Of a stretch of DNA of 64,000 nucleotides, positions 1-9,011 are shown piece by piece (the first letter of the stretch is position 1; the number at the start of each line of letters is the position of its first letter). Where the stretch lies: the NCBI GenBank assembly GCA_043814765.1, contig JBDRJQ010000020.1:3028-67027 (forward strand). Direction: 5' to 3'. The DNA is from Nanobdellota archaeon (GTDB taxonomy: Archaea > Aenigmatarchaeota > Aenigmatarchaeia > QMZP01). A model generated the notes under the pieces. It saw only the letters and a list, made by a program, of their open reading frames with translations. It did no database searches and was not told where the DNA came from. Made by a program: the position numbers and the translations under genes.

Positions 1-1433
1 TTTGGCTCTACCCTATGAAATATTTCAGACAAGAATGGGTTTTTCCCCCTGTGGAAAATTTCCCTCTGCATAAAACTGCTCATATATTCTGGATATGCCG
101 TATGTATAGCTGTTGCGTCCCAGACCATACCTTCCATATATACTGGATATTTGAAATCACTGCTTCCTAATATAGCCATGACTTCTTGTCCTCTGCCAAC
201 AGCGAAGCTTGGTATTAAAACCCTGCCACCTTTCTTCATCGTATCATTTATAGAATTTATGAGTTTTTCTTCAACCTCTTTTCTTGGTGGAAGTTTATCT
301 TCAGCCCCACCATAAGTAGACTCTGTGATTAACGTTTCAACTCTCTGAAAATCTGTATATGCTGGATCAAAGAGTTTGTTTGGCCCGAACTTTAAATCAC
401 CTGTGTAAAGAACATTATGTAAGCCATTGCCTATATGCAAATGGATAAGAGAAGAACCAAGAAGGTGTCCAGACGGTTGAAGAGTTAGACGCGTATCTGT
501 GGTTATGTCAGAAACTTCACCAAAACCCAATGCTATCGAGTGTGTTACAGTTTTTTCAACAGCCTTCTTCGGATAAGGTGCAGCTTTCCCATTTTTTTTA
601 CAAACATCTATGTAGTCCAAACACAGTAAAACCATCAGGTCTCTTGTAGGAGCGCTGCAGTATAATGGGCCAGTGTATCCCTGATCGTAAAGATATGGCA
701 CAAACGCACAGTGGTCTATATGAGCATGCGATAAAACAACGGCATCTAATTTGTCAATATCAAACTCTGGCGCATCAAAGTAAGGAGATTCATCAGAACC
801 TGGATCAGCACCGCAGTCAAGAAGTATGTTAGAGCTAGGAGTTTCTATTAATAATGAGCTTCTACCAACTTGCCTGAACCCACCAAGAGCGCACAGTCTT
901 ACCCAACGCTTGTTATTATCAATTTCTTTATCTGGTTTGTCATTTATCTTTTGTCCTATATTATTGAGAAATTTCTTACGATAAGGAATTTCAGAGTGCA
1001 GAAGTTTTCTAACAGCACGAACAACATCAGAGTTTATGGCTGGTGCACGCTCTATTTTTGGCAACCAGAATGTTTCGTTTCTGATCCTCTTATATGTTTC
1101 TCCATTCTTTCCTATTACTAAACCAGGCTTTTGCGCCTCTATTATAACTTTACCTAGTTCCGGCTCAAAGTATATTTCTTTGATACCAGCACCCTCTGGT
1201 ACTATTTTTTTAATCATTTCTGAGGTTTTTTCCTGGTCAGTTGTTATGGATATGTCTGGTCTTACTTCTACCCGTTTCTTTAGCTCGCTGACAATTGCCC
1301 TGACAGGTTTTTCACTTTCCCTGAAAAATTTACCGTTCTTAGTGTAGATGACTATTTCAGAACCTTCAAATTTAACCTCTGAAATCATCGCGTCTGCTGG
1401 TAATTTTTTCTGCAGTTCTTTTAGAATGCTCAT
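1..1433 (-). CDS. aCPSF1-type RNA-processing nuclease (KH + metallo-beta-lactamase/beta-CASP), C-terminal part beyond window edge
   Basis: Absent from the ORF track because it runs off the window. My minus-strand translation from the ATG at 1433 gives MSILKELQKKLPADAMISEVKFEGSEIVIYTKNGKF (KH-like), then AVVLSHAHIDHCAFVPYLY (HxHxDH metallo-beta-lactamase motif). The frame stays open to position 1. Confidence 0.8.
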   Translation of the reverse strand, partial: MSILKELQKKLPADAMISEVKFEGSEIVIYTKNGKFFRESEKPVRAIVSELKKRVEVRPDISITTDQEKTSEMIKKIVPEGAGIKEIYFEPELGKVIIEAQKPGLVIGKNGETYKRIRNETFWLPKIERAPAINSDVVRAVRKLLHSEIPYRKKFLNNIGQKINDKPDKEIDNNKRWVRLCALGGFRQVGRSSLLIETPSSNILLDCGADPGSDESPYFDAPEFDIDKLDAVVLSHAHIDHCAFVPYLYDQGYTGPLYCSAPTRDLMVLLCLDYIDVCKKNGKAAPYPKKAVEKTVTHSIALGFGEVSDITTDTRLTLQPSGHLLGSSLIHLHIGNGLHNVLYTGDLKFGPNKLFDPAYTDFQRVETLITESTYGGAEDKLPPRKEVEEKLINSINDTMKKGGRVLIPSFAVGRGQEVMAILGSSDFKYPVYMEGMVWDATAIHTAYPEYMSSFMQREIFHRGKNPFLSEIFHRVEP

Positions 1434-1490
1434 TCTTTCTAATCACCGTTTATAAACTGTTTACCTAATTTGTTTATCAAAATGAACTGT

Positions 1491-2117
1491 TTAATTTTTT
1501 ATAAAATTCTTTACTTCTTCATTGGGTATTTTATGATAACCCTTTGAATCTATTACAACTAAATCTATACCACTTCCGCCTGAAGCTATATCTCTCTTGG
1601 TTGCAGAATATATAGCGTTAGCCACCATCCTTTTTGTTTCTTCTACAGTCATGTCCTTTTTAAACTGGTTTTCAAGCACACCAAGTGCAAAAGGCGAACC
1701 AGATCCTGTAGAAAAGTACTCTTTTTCGTCTGTGACTGCTCCTGATGGGTCAAATATGTATAATCCTGGTTCTTTATCATATCCGCCAACAATAAGCTGA
1801 ACAAAATAAGGAAAAAATCTTCTTGCATAGAGCATGTTTGAAACAAGGTTTGCAGCAGAGTTTACTCCTATCTTTTTTCCCTCATGCAGCTCATACAGCT
1901 TAAATTCTGCTTTCAGGAACCTTCCGAGAGCCTGTGCATCGCCTTGCATCCCAGCTATAGTCATAGCTATATGATTATCTAACTGCAATATTTTTTGAGC
2001 ATTTTTATCAGCTACAAGGTATCCCATTGTAGCCTTTCTTTCTGCGCCCAAAACCACTGCTCCTTTGCACACAACACCAACTGTTGTAGTTCCTGTTTTA
2101 AGTTTCTCGATTTCCAT
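1491..2117 (-). CDS. psmB: proteasome subunit beta
   Basis: A short propeptide is followed by the catalytic Thr context KTGTTTVGVVCKGAVVLGAERKATMG. Length is 208 aa. Confidence 0.9.
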   Translation of the reverse strand: MEIEKLKTGTTTVGVVCKGAVVLGAERKATMGYLVADKNAQKILQLDNHIAMTIAGMQGDAQALGRFLKAEFKLYELHEGKKIGVNSAANLVSNMLYARRFFPYFVQLIVGGYDKEPGLYIFDPSGAVTDEKEYFSTGSGSPFALGVLENQFKKDMTVEETKRMVANAIYSATKRDIASGGSGIDLVVIDSKGYHKIPNEEVKNFIKN

Positions 2118-2175
2118 AGAATCAGCTTATTTATCTTTAACAAGGAGTATTTAAATATTTGTGCATATTAGAGCC

Positions 2176-2562
2176 TTAAAACTCTGTTTTATCCTCCTTT
2201 TTAAGTATTGTTGACAAATCGAGTTCATATTTTCCAGGACCTATTCTAATGACAATCGGCTTTTGTGTGAATAGGTTTGTAACATCTATCCTATATTTAC
2301 CTGGTCTAACAACCCTTATTGCCTCAAGGTCAAGAATTACTGTATCTTCCTTATCCACCTTTTCTGGCAGTATTTCTCTTATATCCTGTTCTATCTCCTT
2401 AACTTCCTCTTTAGTTAGTTTCTCAACCTCTTTTTCATATTTCTCTATCATTTCTTCTCGTATGAAGAAGAAAAACTTTGATCCACAAGCATCACAACCA
2501 TTTACTAGATAGTCAGCATTATCAGAATGTATTTTCCCACAACGAGTACATTTGTTTGGCAT
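2176..2562 (-). CDS. Zn-ribbon protein conserved in archaea
   Basis: MPNKCTRCGKIH...NGCDACGSKFFF gives two CxxC pairs. The internal ATG at 2562 is preferred over the track start at 2589. It lies in an operon with the two genes upstream. Confidence 0.5.
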   Translation of the reverse strand: MPNKCTRCGKIHSDNADYLVNGCDACGSKFFFFIREEMIEKYEKEVEKLTKEEVKEIEQDIREILPEKVDKEDTVILDLEAIRVVRPGKYRIDVTNLFTQKPIVIRIGPGKYELDLSTILKKEDKTEF

Positions 2563-2588
2563 GCAGTTTCTCCAATAATTCAGAAACA

Positions 2589-2942
2589 TTAAGTGTACAG
2601 CATTAAATGTTCAGGATTCTTTTTTATCCTGCGTATTATTTTTGCAGGACCTATTAATGTAAGACCCCTTTTCTTGCCTATAACAGTCTCTATGAATCTA
2701 TTTTTGAATTTTTCAGTAATACTTATATTATTCCTTGAACCCAGTTCAAGTGAACTTAGCTCTATACCGCTAAACTTTTCAGACACTTTTTTCATTGTTT
2801 CCTTTATGAGCTCTGCTTCTTCTTTACTGTTCAATTTTGCATCAACAAGAATAATAGTGTCATCTTTAAGATCTTTGAATATAGAATTGAATTCGTATTT
2901 TTTCAAATTCTCGTATGGCAGTATCTTTATCTTTAGCTTCAA
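2589..2942 (-). CDS. small conserved archaeal protein (DUF2073-like, recalled from gene context)
   Basis: This 117-aa ORF lies between a GTPase and a Zn-ribbon gene, an arrangement I recall from other archaea. No catalytic motif is visible. Confidence 0.4.
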   Translation of the reverse strand: MKLKIKILPYENLKKYEFNSIFKDLKDDTIILVDAKLNSKEEAELIKETMKKVSEKFSGIELSSLELGSRNNISITEKFKNRFIETVIGKKRGLTLIGPAKIIRRIKKNPEHLMLYT

Positions 2943-2950
2943 TTTATCAC

Positions 2951-3580
2951 CTATAACATCTCAAAAAGTTTTGAATATAATTCATCTATGTTATGACCGT
3001 GTTTTGCACTTACAGCTACTATATTGTATTTAGGGAATGTATTTCTTATAACAGCTGTATTAGATCCCTTCACATCGGATTTATTTGAAACAACCAGTAC
3101 TGGTATCTTTCTTGCATCCAAATTTCCTAAAATAGTGATGTTAACCTGATTTATTGGGTCCTCTGTCGAATCCAGAACAACTAGAACCATATCCATATTG
3201 TCAAGCCATTTAATGGATTCTATGACACCCCTAGTTGCTTCTTTAGCTCGCTGTTTCGCAGCATGCTTTTTCATGCCGCTCTTAACAAAATCTTCAAAAT
3301 CTATTTTTGTTGCTATTCCTGGAGTATCTACAAGATTAAATGTGAGGCTCTTGTTACCCCTCTTTATCTTTATTTTCTCTTTCATCTGTATCTCTCGGGT
3401 TTCATGGGGTATTACAGAAGTTTTCCCCATCTCTTCACCAATCCAATCCATGCATATTTTATTGGCTAAAGTCGTCTTGCCCGAGTTAACAGGTCCGTAT
3501 AGGCCTATCTTTATATCCTTCTTGCGTTTGAATATGTTTCTTAGAAAAGAAGTTAGCTTTCCAATTATCAAATCTTTCAC
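2951..3580 (-). CDS. small GTP-binding protein (Era/Obg-like P-loop GTPase)
   Basis: G1 is GPVNSGKT, G3 is DTPG and G4 is NKSD. Confidence 0.75.
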   Translation of the reverse strand: MKDLIIGKLTSFLRNIFKRKKDIKIGLYGPVNSGKTTLANKICMDWIGEEMGKTSVIPHETREIQMKEKIKIKRGNKSLTFNLVDTPGIATKIDFEDFVKSGMKKHAAKQRAKEATRGVIESIKWLDNMDMVLVVLDSTEDPINQVNITILGNLDARKIPVLVVSNKSDVKGSNTAVIRNTFPKYNIVAVSAKHGHNIDELYSKLFEML

Positions 3581-3676
3581 CCTTTGAATTATGTTCTATA
3601 ATTAGAGTTGAGATATTTAAGTCTTGGCTCAAAAGGGTAATTTTTAAATACAATAGTTAAAATTCAATAGATTGAC

Positions 3677-3892
3677 ATGTCTGCGACAGCTACAACTGGT
3701 GCTGCATTGATTATAATAGCAATAGTCATAGCATCTGCTTGGGGAATATGGGTGTTTATAATAGAACCAGAGATACCAATCCTCATACGTGCTATCATGC
3801 TTATAATTGGTCTAGGATTTGTTGCGCTTTTATCTGCTTTGATAGTTGAGAGAGTCAAGGACATGAAGAAGGAACACTACCCTAAAAGGTAA
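3677..3892 (+). CDS. small membrane protein
   Basis: The 71-aa product has two hydrophobic spans, and the gene is co-oriented with the downstream YbjQ gene. An antisense ORF at 3664..3864 is the alternative reading. Confidence 0.4.
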   Translation: MSATATTGAALIIIAIVIASAWGIWVFIIEPEIPILIRAIMLIIGLGFVALLSALIVERVKDMKKEHYPKR

Positions 3893-3907
3893 GGAGGCTA
3901 TGGTAAT

Positions 3908-4222
3908 ATGCTAGTAGCTACAACAGAAACAGTTGAAGGTAAGAAGATTACAGAAAATCTAGGCCTTGTTAAGGGCAACACGGTGCGCGCAAAACACATT
4001 GGAAAGGACATAGTTGCCGGTTTTAGAAATATTGTGGGCGGAGAGATAAAAGAATACACTGAAATGATTATAGAAGCTCGAGAAGATGCATTAAAAAGAA
4101 TGATAGAAGACGCAAAAAAGAAAGGAGCAGATGCAATAGTGGGAACAAGATTTACCACGTCAATGATAACAAGTGGTGCTGCAGAGCTCTTGGTTTATGG
4201 AACTGCTGTGAAAGTGAAGTAG
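3908..4222 (+). CDS. YbjQ/UPF0145 family protein
   Basis: Family-typical full-length pattern: TTETVEGKKI...GNTVRAKHIGKDIVAGFRNIVGGEI..Y...EAR..A..RM...A...GADAIVGTRF. Confidence 0.75.
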   Translation: MLVATTETVEGKKITENLGLVKGNTVRAKHIGKDIVAGFRNIVGGEIKEYTEMIIEAREDALKRMIEDAKKKGADAIVGTRFTTSMITSGAAELLVYGTAVKVK

Positions 4223-5215
4223 TTATTTTCTCAGCTCTTTCCAGAGACCGTATATAGACACAGCAAGATTTTTCTTAACACTTCCAATTCCTCGAGTACA
4301 TCCATAGAAGCAGGGCGAATTTGTGTAGCAAGTCTTTATTTTATCTTTCATGCTCTTACTCACTTTTTTCCACTCTTTGTTTATGTCATTTGTTCTTAAA
4401 TCCAGAATAGGTGGAAATTCTATGCAGGGACTTAGCTTTCCCTCTGATGAAACCCTTAAAGAATTTGTAAAGGCGTCACATGATCCAACATTTTCATCTC
4501 TCATATATTTAATATTTTCATCAATAAATGGTCTTGAGATTCTTGATACTCCGCTTCTTACCTTTTTCATTTCCTTTATAACAAGTTCCTGTTCAGTGTT
4601 TTTGAGATTAAGATTTTCATTCGAAGCTGAAATGTAGTTTATATTATCATTATACGTGTTGAAGCTGTGGTCAAGTTCCAGTCCTGTAGCAAACTTATTG
4701 ATATCATCAAGTTCTTTGAAGTTTATACTGGTAACCGTTGTATGAATATTTCCATTAAGACCTTTGTATTTTGCTAAATGTTTTATATTCTCTAATACCC
4801 TTTCAATCTGATCAACGCCTCTTATTTCAATGTATTTTTTCTTATCAAATGTGTCCAAACTGATGGTTACCATAATTCTTCCATTCTTATTCATTTTATC
4901 CAGTTTGCCCAATGCATCATCTGACATTAAAATGCCATTGCTGATTATGTTTTGAGTGAAACCCATACCGTCAAGCATTGATACAACTTCAAACAATTCC
5001 TTTCTTATGAGAGGTTCTCCTCCCTGCACAAAAACAGTGTGAATGCCAAACTTTTTTAGATCAGTAAAAATCTTTCTGATTTCATTAACGCTCATCTCAT
5101 CTTCTTTCCTTTTCCACATGTTGCACATTGAGCATTTAGAATTGCATCTAGCAGTAATATCATAAATGCAGAGTGTTGGTTTTTTCTTTAATAAATTAAT
5201 AAAGCTCGTTAACAT
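4223..5215 (-). CDS. radical SAM protein with C-terminal auxiliary Cys cluster (SPASM/twitch-like)
   Basis: CNSKCSMCNMW is a CX3CX2C motif near the N-terminus. C-terminal cysteines are CDAF...SPCIEF...CYTNSPCFYGC. Confidence 0.75.
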   Translation of the reverse strand: MLTSFINLLKKKPTLCIYDITARCNSKCSMCNMWKRKEDEMSVNEIRKIFTDLKKFGIHTVFVQGGEPLIRKELFEVVSMLDGMGFTQNIISNGILMSDDALGKLDKMNKNGRIMVTISLDTFDKKKYIEIRGVDQIERVLENIKHLAKYKGLNGNIHTTVTSINFKELDDINKFATGLELDHSFNTYNDNINYISASNENLNLKNTEQELVIKEMKKVRSGVSRISRPFIDENIKYMRDENVGSCDAFTNSLRVSSEGKLSPCIEFPPILDLRTNDINKEWKKVSKSMKDKIKTCYTNSPCFYGCTRGIGSVKKNLAVSIYGLWKELRK

Positions 5216-5295
5216 ATTGAAGATAATCTTGTTTTAACCATTTAAATTCTTGAAATAACCGTAACGCATTAATTACCAGTTGTTATAAGAAAACT

Positions 5296-5790
5296 ATGAA
5301 GCCAGAATTATTGTTCTTTAGATATGCATTCCCATGCACCCGTACTATTGTTGATCGTGGAGACATAGACCAGGAGACTTATTCTAAACTCGAAGAACTG
5401 GCAAAACAGGGCAGGGCACCGGGGTTTGATGAACTGGAAAATACGTACAAGAATGCCTTTAAGATAATGAAAAAGCTTTACGGTGATAAACATAAAAATG
5501 GAAAATCCATTGAAAAGTACTGGCGCGAGGGAGATCATAACAAAGAGATAGACGAACATCCAGACTATAAAGATAAGACTGAAGAATTCAAGAAACTTTG
5601 TAAAATACGACAGGTAAAAGTGGCAGGAAGAGCGCCTTATTTTAAGGAGACTTTAAACTGGCTTGTTGTTAAGGAAAGTGAGAACAGCGACGAACAAATA
5701 GCATGGAATCCCTATAACTTAGAACTGAAAAAAGGAGAGACAGTAAATATACATCACAATATAATCATTGAAAAAGTCACGAGTATTTAA
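5296..5790 (+). CDS. hypothetical protein
   Basis: 164-aa ORF that I cannot assign to any family. Confidence 0.4.
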   Translation: MKPELLFFRYAFPCTRTIVDRGDIDQETYSKLEELAKQGRAPGFDELENTYKNAFKIMKKLYGDKHKNGKSIEKYWREGDHNKEIDEHPDYKDKTEEFKKLCKIRQVKVAGRAPYFKETLNWLVVKESENSDEQIAWNPYNLELKKGETVNIHHNIIIEKVTSI

Positions 5791-5837
5791 GTAGCCTCAG
5801 AGAAAATAATATTATAATAAATAGGAGGCAATTAAAA

Positions 5838-5882
5838 ATGGCAAAAAAGAAAGCAGCAAAAAAGACAACAAAAAGAAGATAA
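5838..5882 (+). CDS. 14-codon Lys-rich micro-ORF (MAKKKAAKKTTKRR), copy 1
   Basis: GGAGG lies 9 nt upstream of the ATG. The first 28 nt are identical to a second copy at 18576..18620. The peptide is too short to call by composition alone. Confidence 0.3.
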   Translation: MAKKKAAKKTTKRR

Positions 5883-5926
5883 ATAATGTTATTAAATCTT
5901 TTTAATTTTTTAAATTATTTATTTTT

Positions 5927-6046
5927 ATGACTAGTCTGATGTCAGCTATAGTTCTTGGTGCAGTTCAGGAAATAACAGAATGCTTATCCGTATCAAGTTT
6001 TGGGCGTCTAGCTATATTAGAAAATTTTAATCAAACCGGTTCTTGA
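5927..6046 (+). pseudogene. uppP: N-terminal remnant of undecaprenyl-diphosphatase (UppP/BacA)
   Basis: The 39-codon ORF MTSLMSAIVLGAVQEITECLSVSSFGRLAILENF matches the UppP N-terminal signature (ILGxVQGxTEFLPxSSxGHL). Signature residues are altered (F to C, P to S, H to R), and the ORF stops after 39 aa. Confidence 0.5.
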
Positions 6047-6123
6047 TAAAAAATTCTATTTATTCTCCATATACTGCTGGATTTTAGGCGTAATTATTAT
6101 ATACCTATCACTAATCTGATAAC

Positions 6124-6807
6124 ATGAAGTTAGCAGCGCTCTTTTCAGGCGGAAAGGATTCTACTTTCGCTGTTTATGACAGTATTAAGAAAGGTCACGA
6201 AGTGAAATGCCTAGTTTCATTGCTACCAAAGAACCCAGAATCCTATATGTTTCATTATCCCAATACAGAATTTACCAAGCAGCAAGCAGAAGCAATGAAC
6301 ATTCCTATCATAATCAAAGAAACTCTGGGTGAGAAGGAAAAAGAACTGGAGGATATGGAATCTGCTCTTGCTGAAGCAAAAGAAAAATTCAATGTAGATG
6401 GTGTTGTAGCAGGAGCGATAGCAAGCGAGTATCAAAGACAGAGGGTAAATGATATAGCCAAGCGATTAGGTCTAATGGTTTTGACACCCCAATGGAATAT
6501 GGATCCAGAAAAATACTGGAATATTCTCTTGGATAGTGGCTTCAAAGTTATGATAATAGGTGTTGCATCTGATGGGCTTTCTAAGGAGTGGCTAGGCCGT
6601 GTTATAGGCGAAGCAGAGCTCAGAAAGCTCAGAGAATTGAGCCAGAAGCACAGATTTCACCTAGCTTTTGAGGGCGGTGAGGCAGAGACCTTTGTTCTGG
6701 ATTGTCCGCTGTTCAAAAGAAGGATAGAAATCAAAGAAGCAGAAATCAAATGGGAAGGAGATTCGGGATTCTATTTTTTCAAGAAGATAAAATTAGTGGA
6801 CAAGTAG
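6124..6807 (+). CDS. diphthine-ammonia ligase (Dph6-type PP-loop ATPase, MJ0570 family)
   Basis: The N-terminus is MKLAALFSGGKDSTFAV (SGGKDS PP-loop). The 227-aa size is typical of the archaeal family. Confidence 0.75.
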   Translation: MKLAALFSGGKDSTFAVYDSIKKGHEVKCLVSLLPKNPESYMFHYPNTEFTKQQAEAMNIPIIIKETLGEKEKELEDMESALAEAKEKFNVDGVVAGAIASEYQRQRVNDIAKRLGLMVLTPQWNMDPEKYWNILLDSGFKVMIIGVASDGLSKEWLGRVIGEAELRKLRELSQKHRFHLAFEGGEAETFVLDCPLFKRRIEIKEAEIKWEGDSGFYFFKKIKLVDK

Positions 6808-6814
6808 ACTATAT

Positions 6815-8902
6815 TTAAAACTGTCCGAAGGTTAGCTTCTTTATTTCTGCAAGATCTATCAAAGAGTTTGCTTTTATCGCAGCGTTTGATACAGTATACA
6901 ATACATCTCCTATGTAAAGGCTTCTCTTTATGTTCTCATCTCCACCATACCAGTAATATCCGCTCTTCTTGAACGCTTCATCACTTTCATAGTGTGTTAT
7001 TCTGCCTTTCAACTGGAAACCGTTTATGAGATCTACATTGTATACGTAAGCTCCCTGGAAAACATAGTCACCATAACTGTCGCTTCTAGCACCTTCTTTT
7101 AGATTATCTGGTATCTCTGCTAGTGTTACTGGAATTACCATCAAATTCTTGTCCTTATCAAACAAGAATGCTTTATGCGTGTTTAAGGCTTCTGATTGAG
7201 TTCCTCTGTCTCCAATTATCTCTCTGTGAAGCTCTATTGGATTAGAGACATCTGTTACATCAAATATGGCTATCTTAATACCTTGATACCATGCAAAGTT
7301 ACCCCAAGATTCTTCTGCTTCAACAGTGTCTTTTCCTATTCCTATTATATGATTTTCATCATAAGGATGCATGTAGTCTGAGTACCCTGGCAGCTTGAGT
7401 TTACCTAATATGGTTGGATTGCTTGGATCAGACAAATCTATAACAAAGAAAGGATCAATTTTCTTAAAGGTAACCAAGTAACCTCTGTCACCCATGAATC
7501 TTGCAGAGTATATCTGTTCGCCAGGAGCTATATCTTCTATGCTTCCAACCTGATCGAGACCGCTATTAAAAATGTAAACATTATTAGTTGAAATATCTTC
7601 ACCTGATCTTGAAACATGACCAACAGTTGTTGCAATGCGGAAGTATCCGTTATTCTCATCCATGGAGAACTGATTCAATATTCTGCCAGGAGCTTCCATA
7701 TTTCCTAAGTAGTTTATTTTACCATTATTCAATTCGAATTTATGTATTATACTCTTTTCTGTTATCTCTTCTGCAGTTCCGTCATCTGCTAAGAGAGGTC
7801 TTATATTCCAATAAGGATAGTTGGTCTCTGCTAGATACAAATTATTTTGCGAAGCATAAACATTCTGTCCAGAGCCTACCACAACTTCCTTTTCTATGTC
7901 AGCATTAGGATTGCTTATAGACATTGATGCAATTGTAACAAAATTCTGTGGATTAATTGGTTCAAAATATCTTACATCACTGCAAGAGGCTATTTCAGTA
8001 AACTCTTTGCCAGTATCTAATTTAATCTCTTGTGCTGACATCTCTCTATATAGAGGAACTATATCTCCTTGCCCATTCTCCATAATATAGTAGCTAGGAT
8101 AAGAGTTCACAACAAAATAAACATTATCACCTATCTTTCTTGAAGAAACATAATTGCCCTCAAAATCAACAGAACGCACAGCTTCTGGATTTGTTTTGTC
8201 TGATACATCAAAAACCTTAACAGTCATAAACGTTGTTGTACGAGGATAAGGATAAATATTGGGTGCTATCATGCCACTAGCACCAGGTTCTTCCATTGGC
8301 ACAACCATGTCAACCTCTTCATATGTTATACCAAAAATCATGACATTGTTGCCTTCAATAAATATCTCTGTTGGATAGAAGTTTCCAAGATTTGTTTCAC
8401 TCAGAACTTCTGCTGTTTCAGCAGGATATGCATTTACTATAACTAGTTTACTTTTTGAATTGGAATCATCCCTGTAACCGTAATAACCATTTCCTGCAGA
8501 AAGGGTGTATATATACTGTCCATCTGACTTAACAATATCAGCTTCATCAACGCCTTCCACTTGTATGTTAGTTGTTGAGAAGTCACCAGTTGCTTGTGGG
8601 GCAGCTGCTTTTCCAGCTGAACCGCCACCGCCCGCAGAATCCGTAGTTAAGGCCTCAGCTATGCCGTATCCGCTGTAACCCCTTTGAGCTGCCTGTTTAA
8701 AAGCAGCACTTAGTGCTCCGCACGTTTCAAAAGTGTTGTAAGAAGCAGCAGGTGTTTGTGATACTAAATAATAATCTGTGAGTACAACACCCGATGCGAT
8801 TAGAATCAAAACTATTACAATCGGCAAAGTTGCAATTCCTTTCTTGTAAGATTTTGTACTCATATTCCTTAATAATTGTTTCAGCCTTTTAATATAACTC
8901 AT
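6815..8902 (-). CDS. secreted beta-propeller domain protein
   Basis: N-terminal TM/signal is IATLPIVIVLILIASGVVL. Family-typical motif is TNIQVEGVDEADIVKSDGQYIYT. The start is uncertain (8944, 8902 or 8863). Confidence 0.7.
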   Translation of the reverse strand: MSYIKRLKQLLRNMSTKSYKKGIATLPIVIVLILIASGVVLTDYYLVSQTPAASYNTFETCGALSAAFKQAAQRGYSGYGIAEALTTDSAGGGGSAGKAAAPQATGDFSTTNIQVEGVDEADIVKSDGQYIYTLSAGNGYYGYRDDSNSKSKLVIVNAYPAETAEVLSETNLGNFYPTEIFIEGNNVMIFGITYEEVDMVVPMEEPGASGMIAPNIYPYPRTTTFMTVKVFDVSDKTNPEAVRSVDFEGNYVSSRKIGDNVYFVVNSYPSYYIMENGQGDIVPLYREMSAQEIKLDTGKEFTEIASCSDVRYFEPINPQNFVTIASMSISNPNADIEKEVVVGSGQNVYASQNNLYLAETNYPYWNIRPLLADDGTAEEITEKSIIHKFELNNGKINYLGNMEAPGRILNQFSMDENNGYFRIATTVGHVSRSGEDISTNNVYIFNSGLDQVGSIEDIAPGEQIYSARFMGDRGYLVTFKKIDPFFVIDLSDPSNPTILGKLKLPGYSDYMHPYDENHIIGIGKDTVEAEESWGNFAWYQGIKIAIFDVTDVSNPIELHREIIGDRGTQSEALNTHKAFLFDKDKNLMVIPVTLAEIPDNLKEGARSDSYGDYVFQGAYVYNVDLINGFQLKGRITHYESDEAFKKSGYYWYGGDENIKRSLYIGDVLYTVSNAAIKANSLIDLAEIKKLTFGQF

Positions 8903-9011
8903 TTTACTTCGGTTTAAACCGAAGCAATACGAAACCAGTAGCAATAATAACCTCTATGGTGATGATTTTTGGCTAAATTTATAAAGGCTAATCTCAAATA
9001 TCATTGATTCA

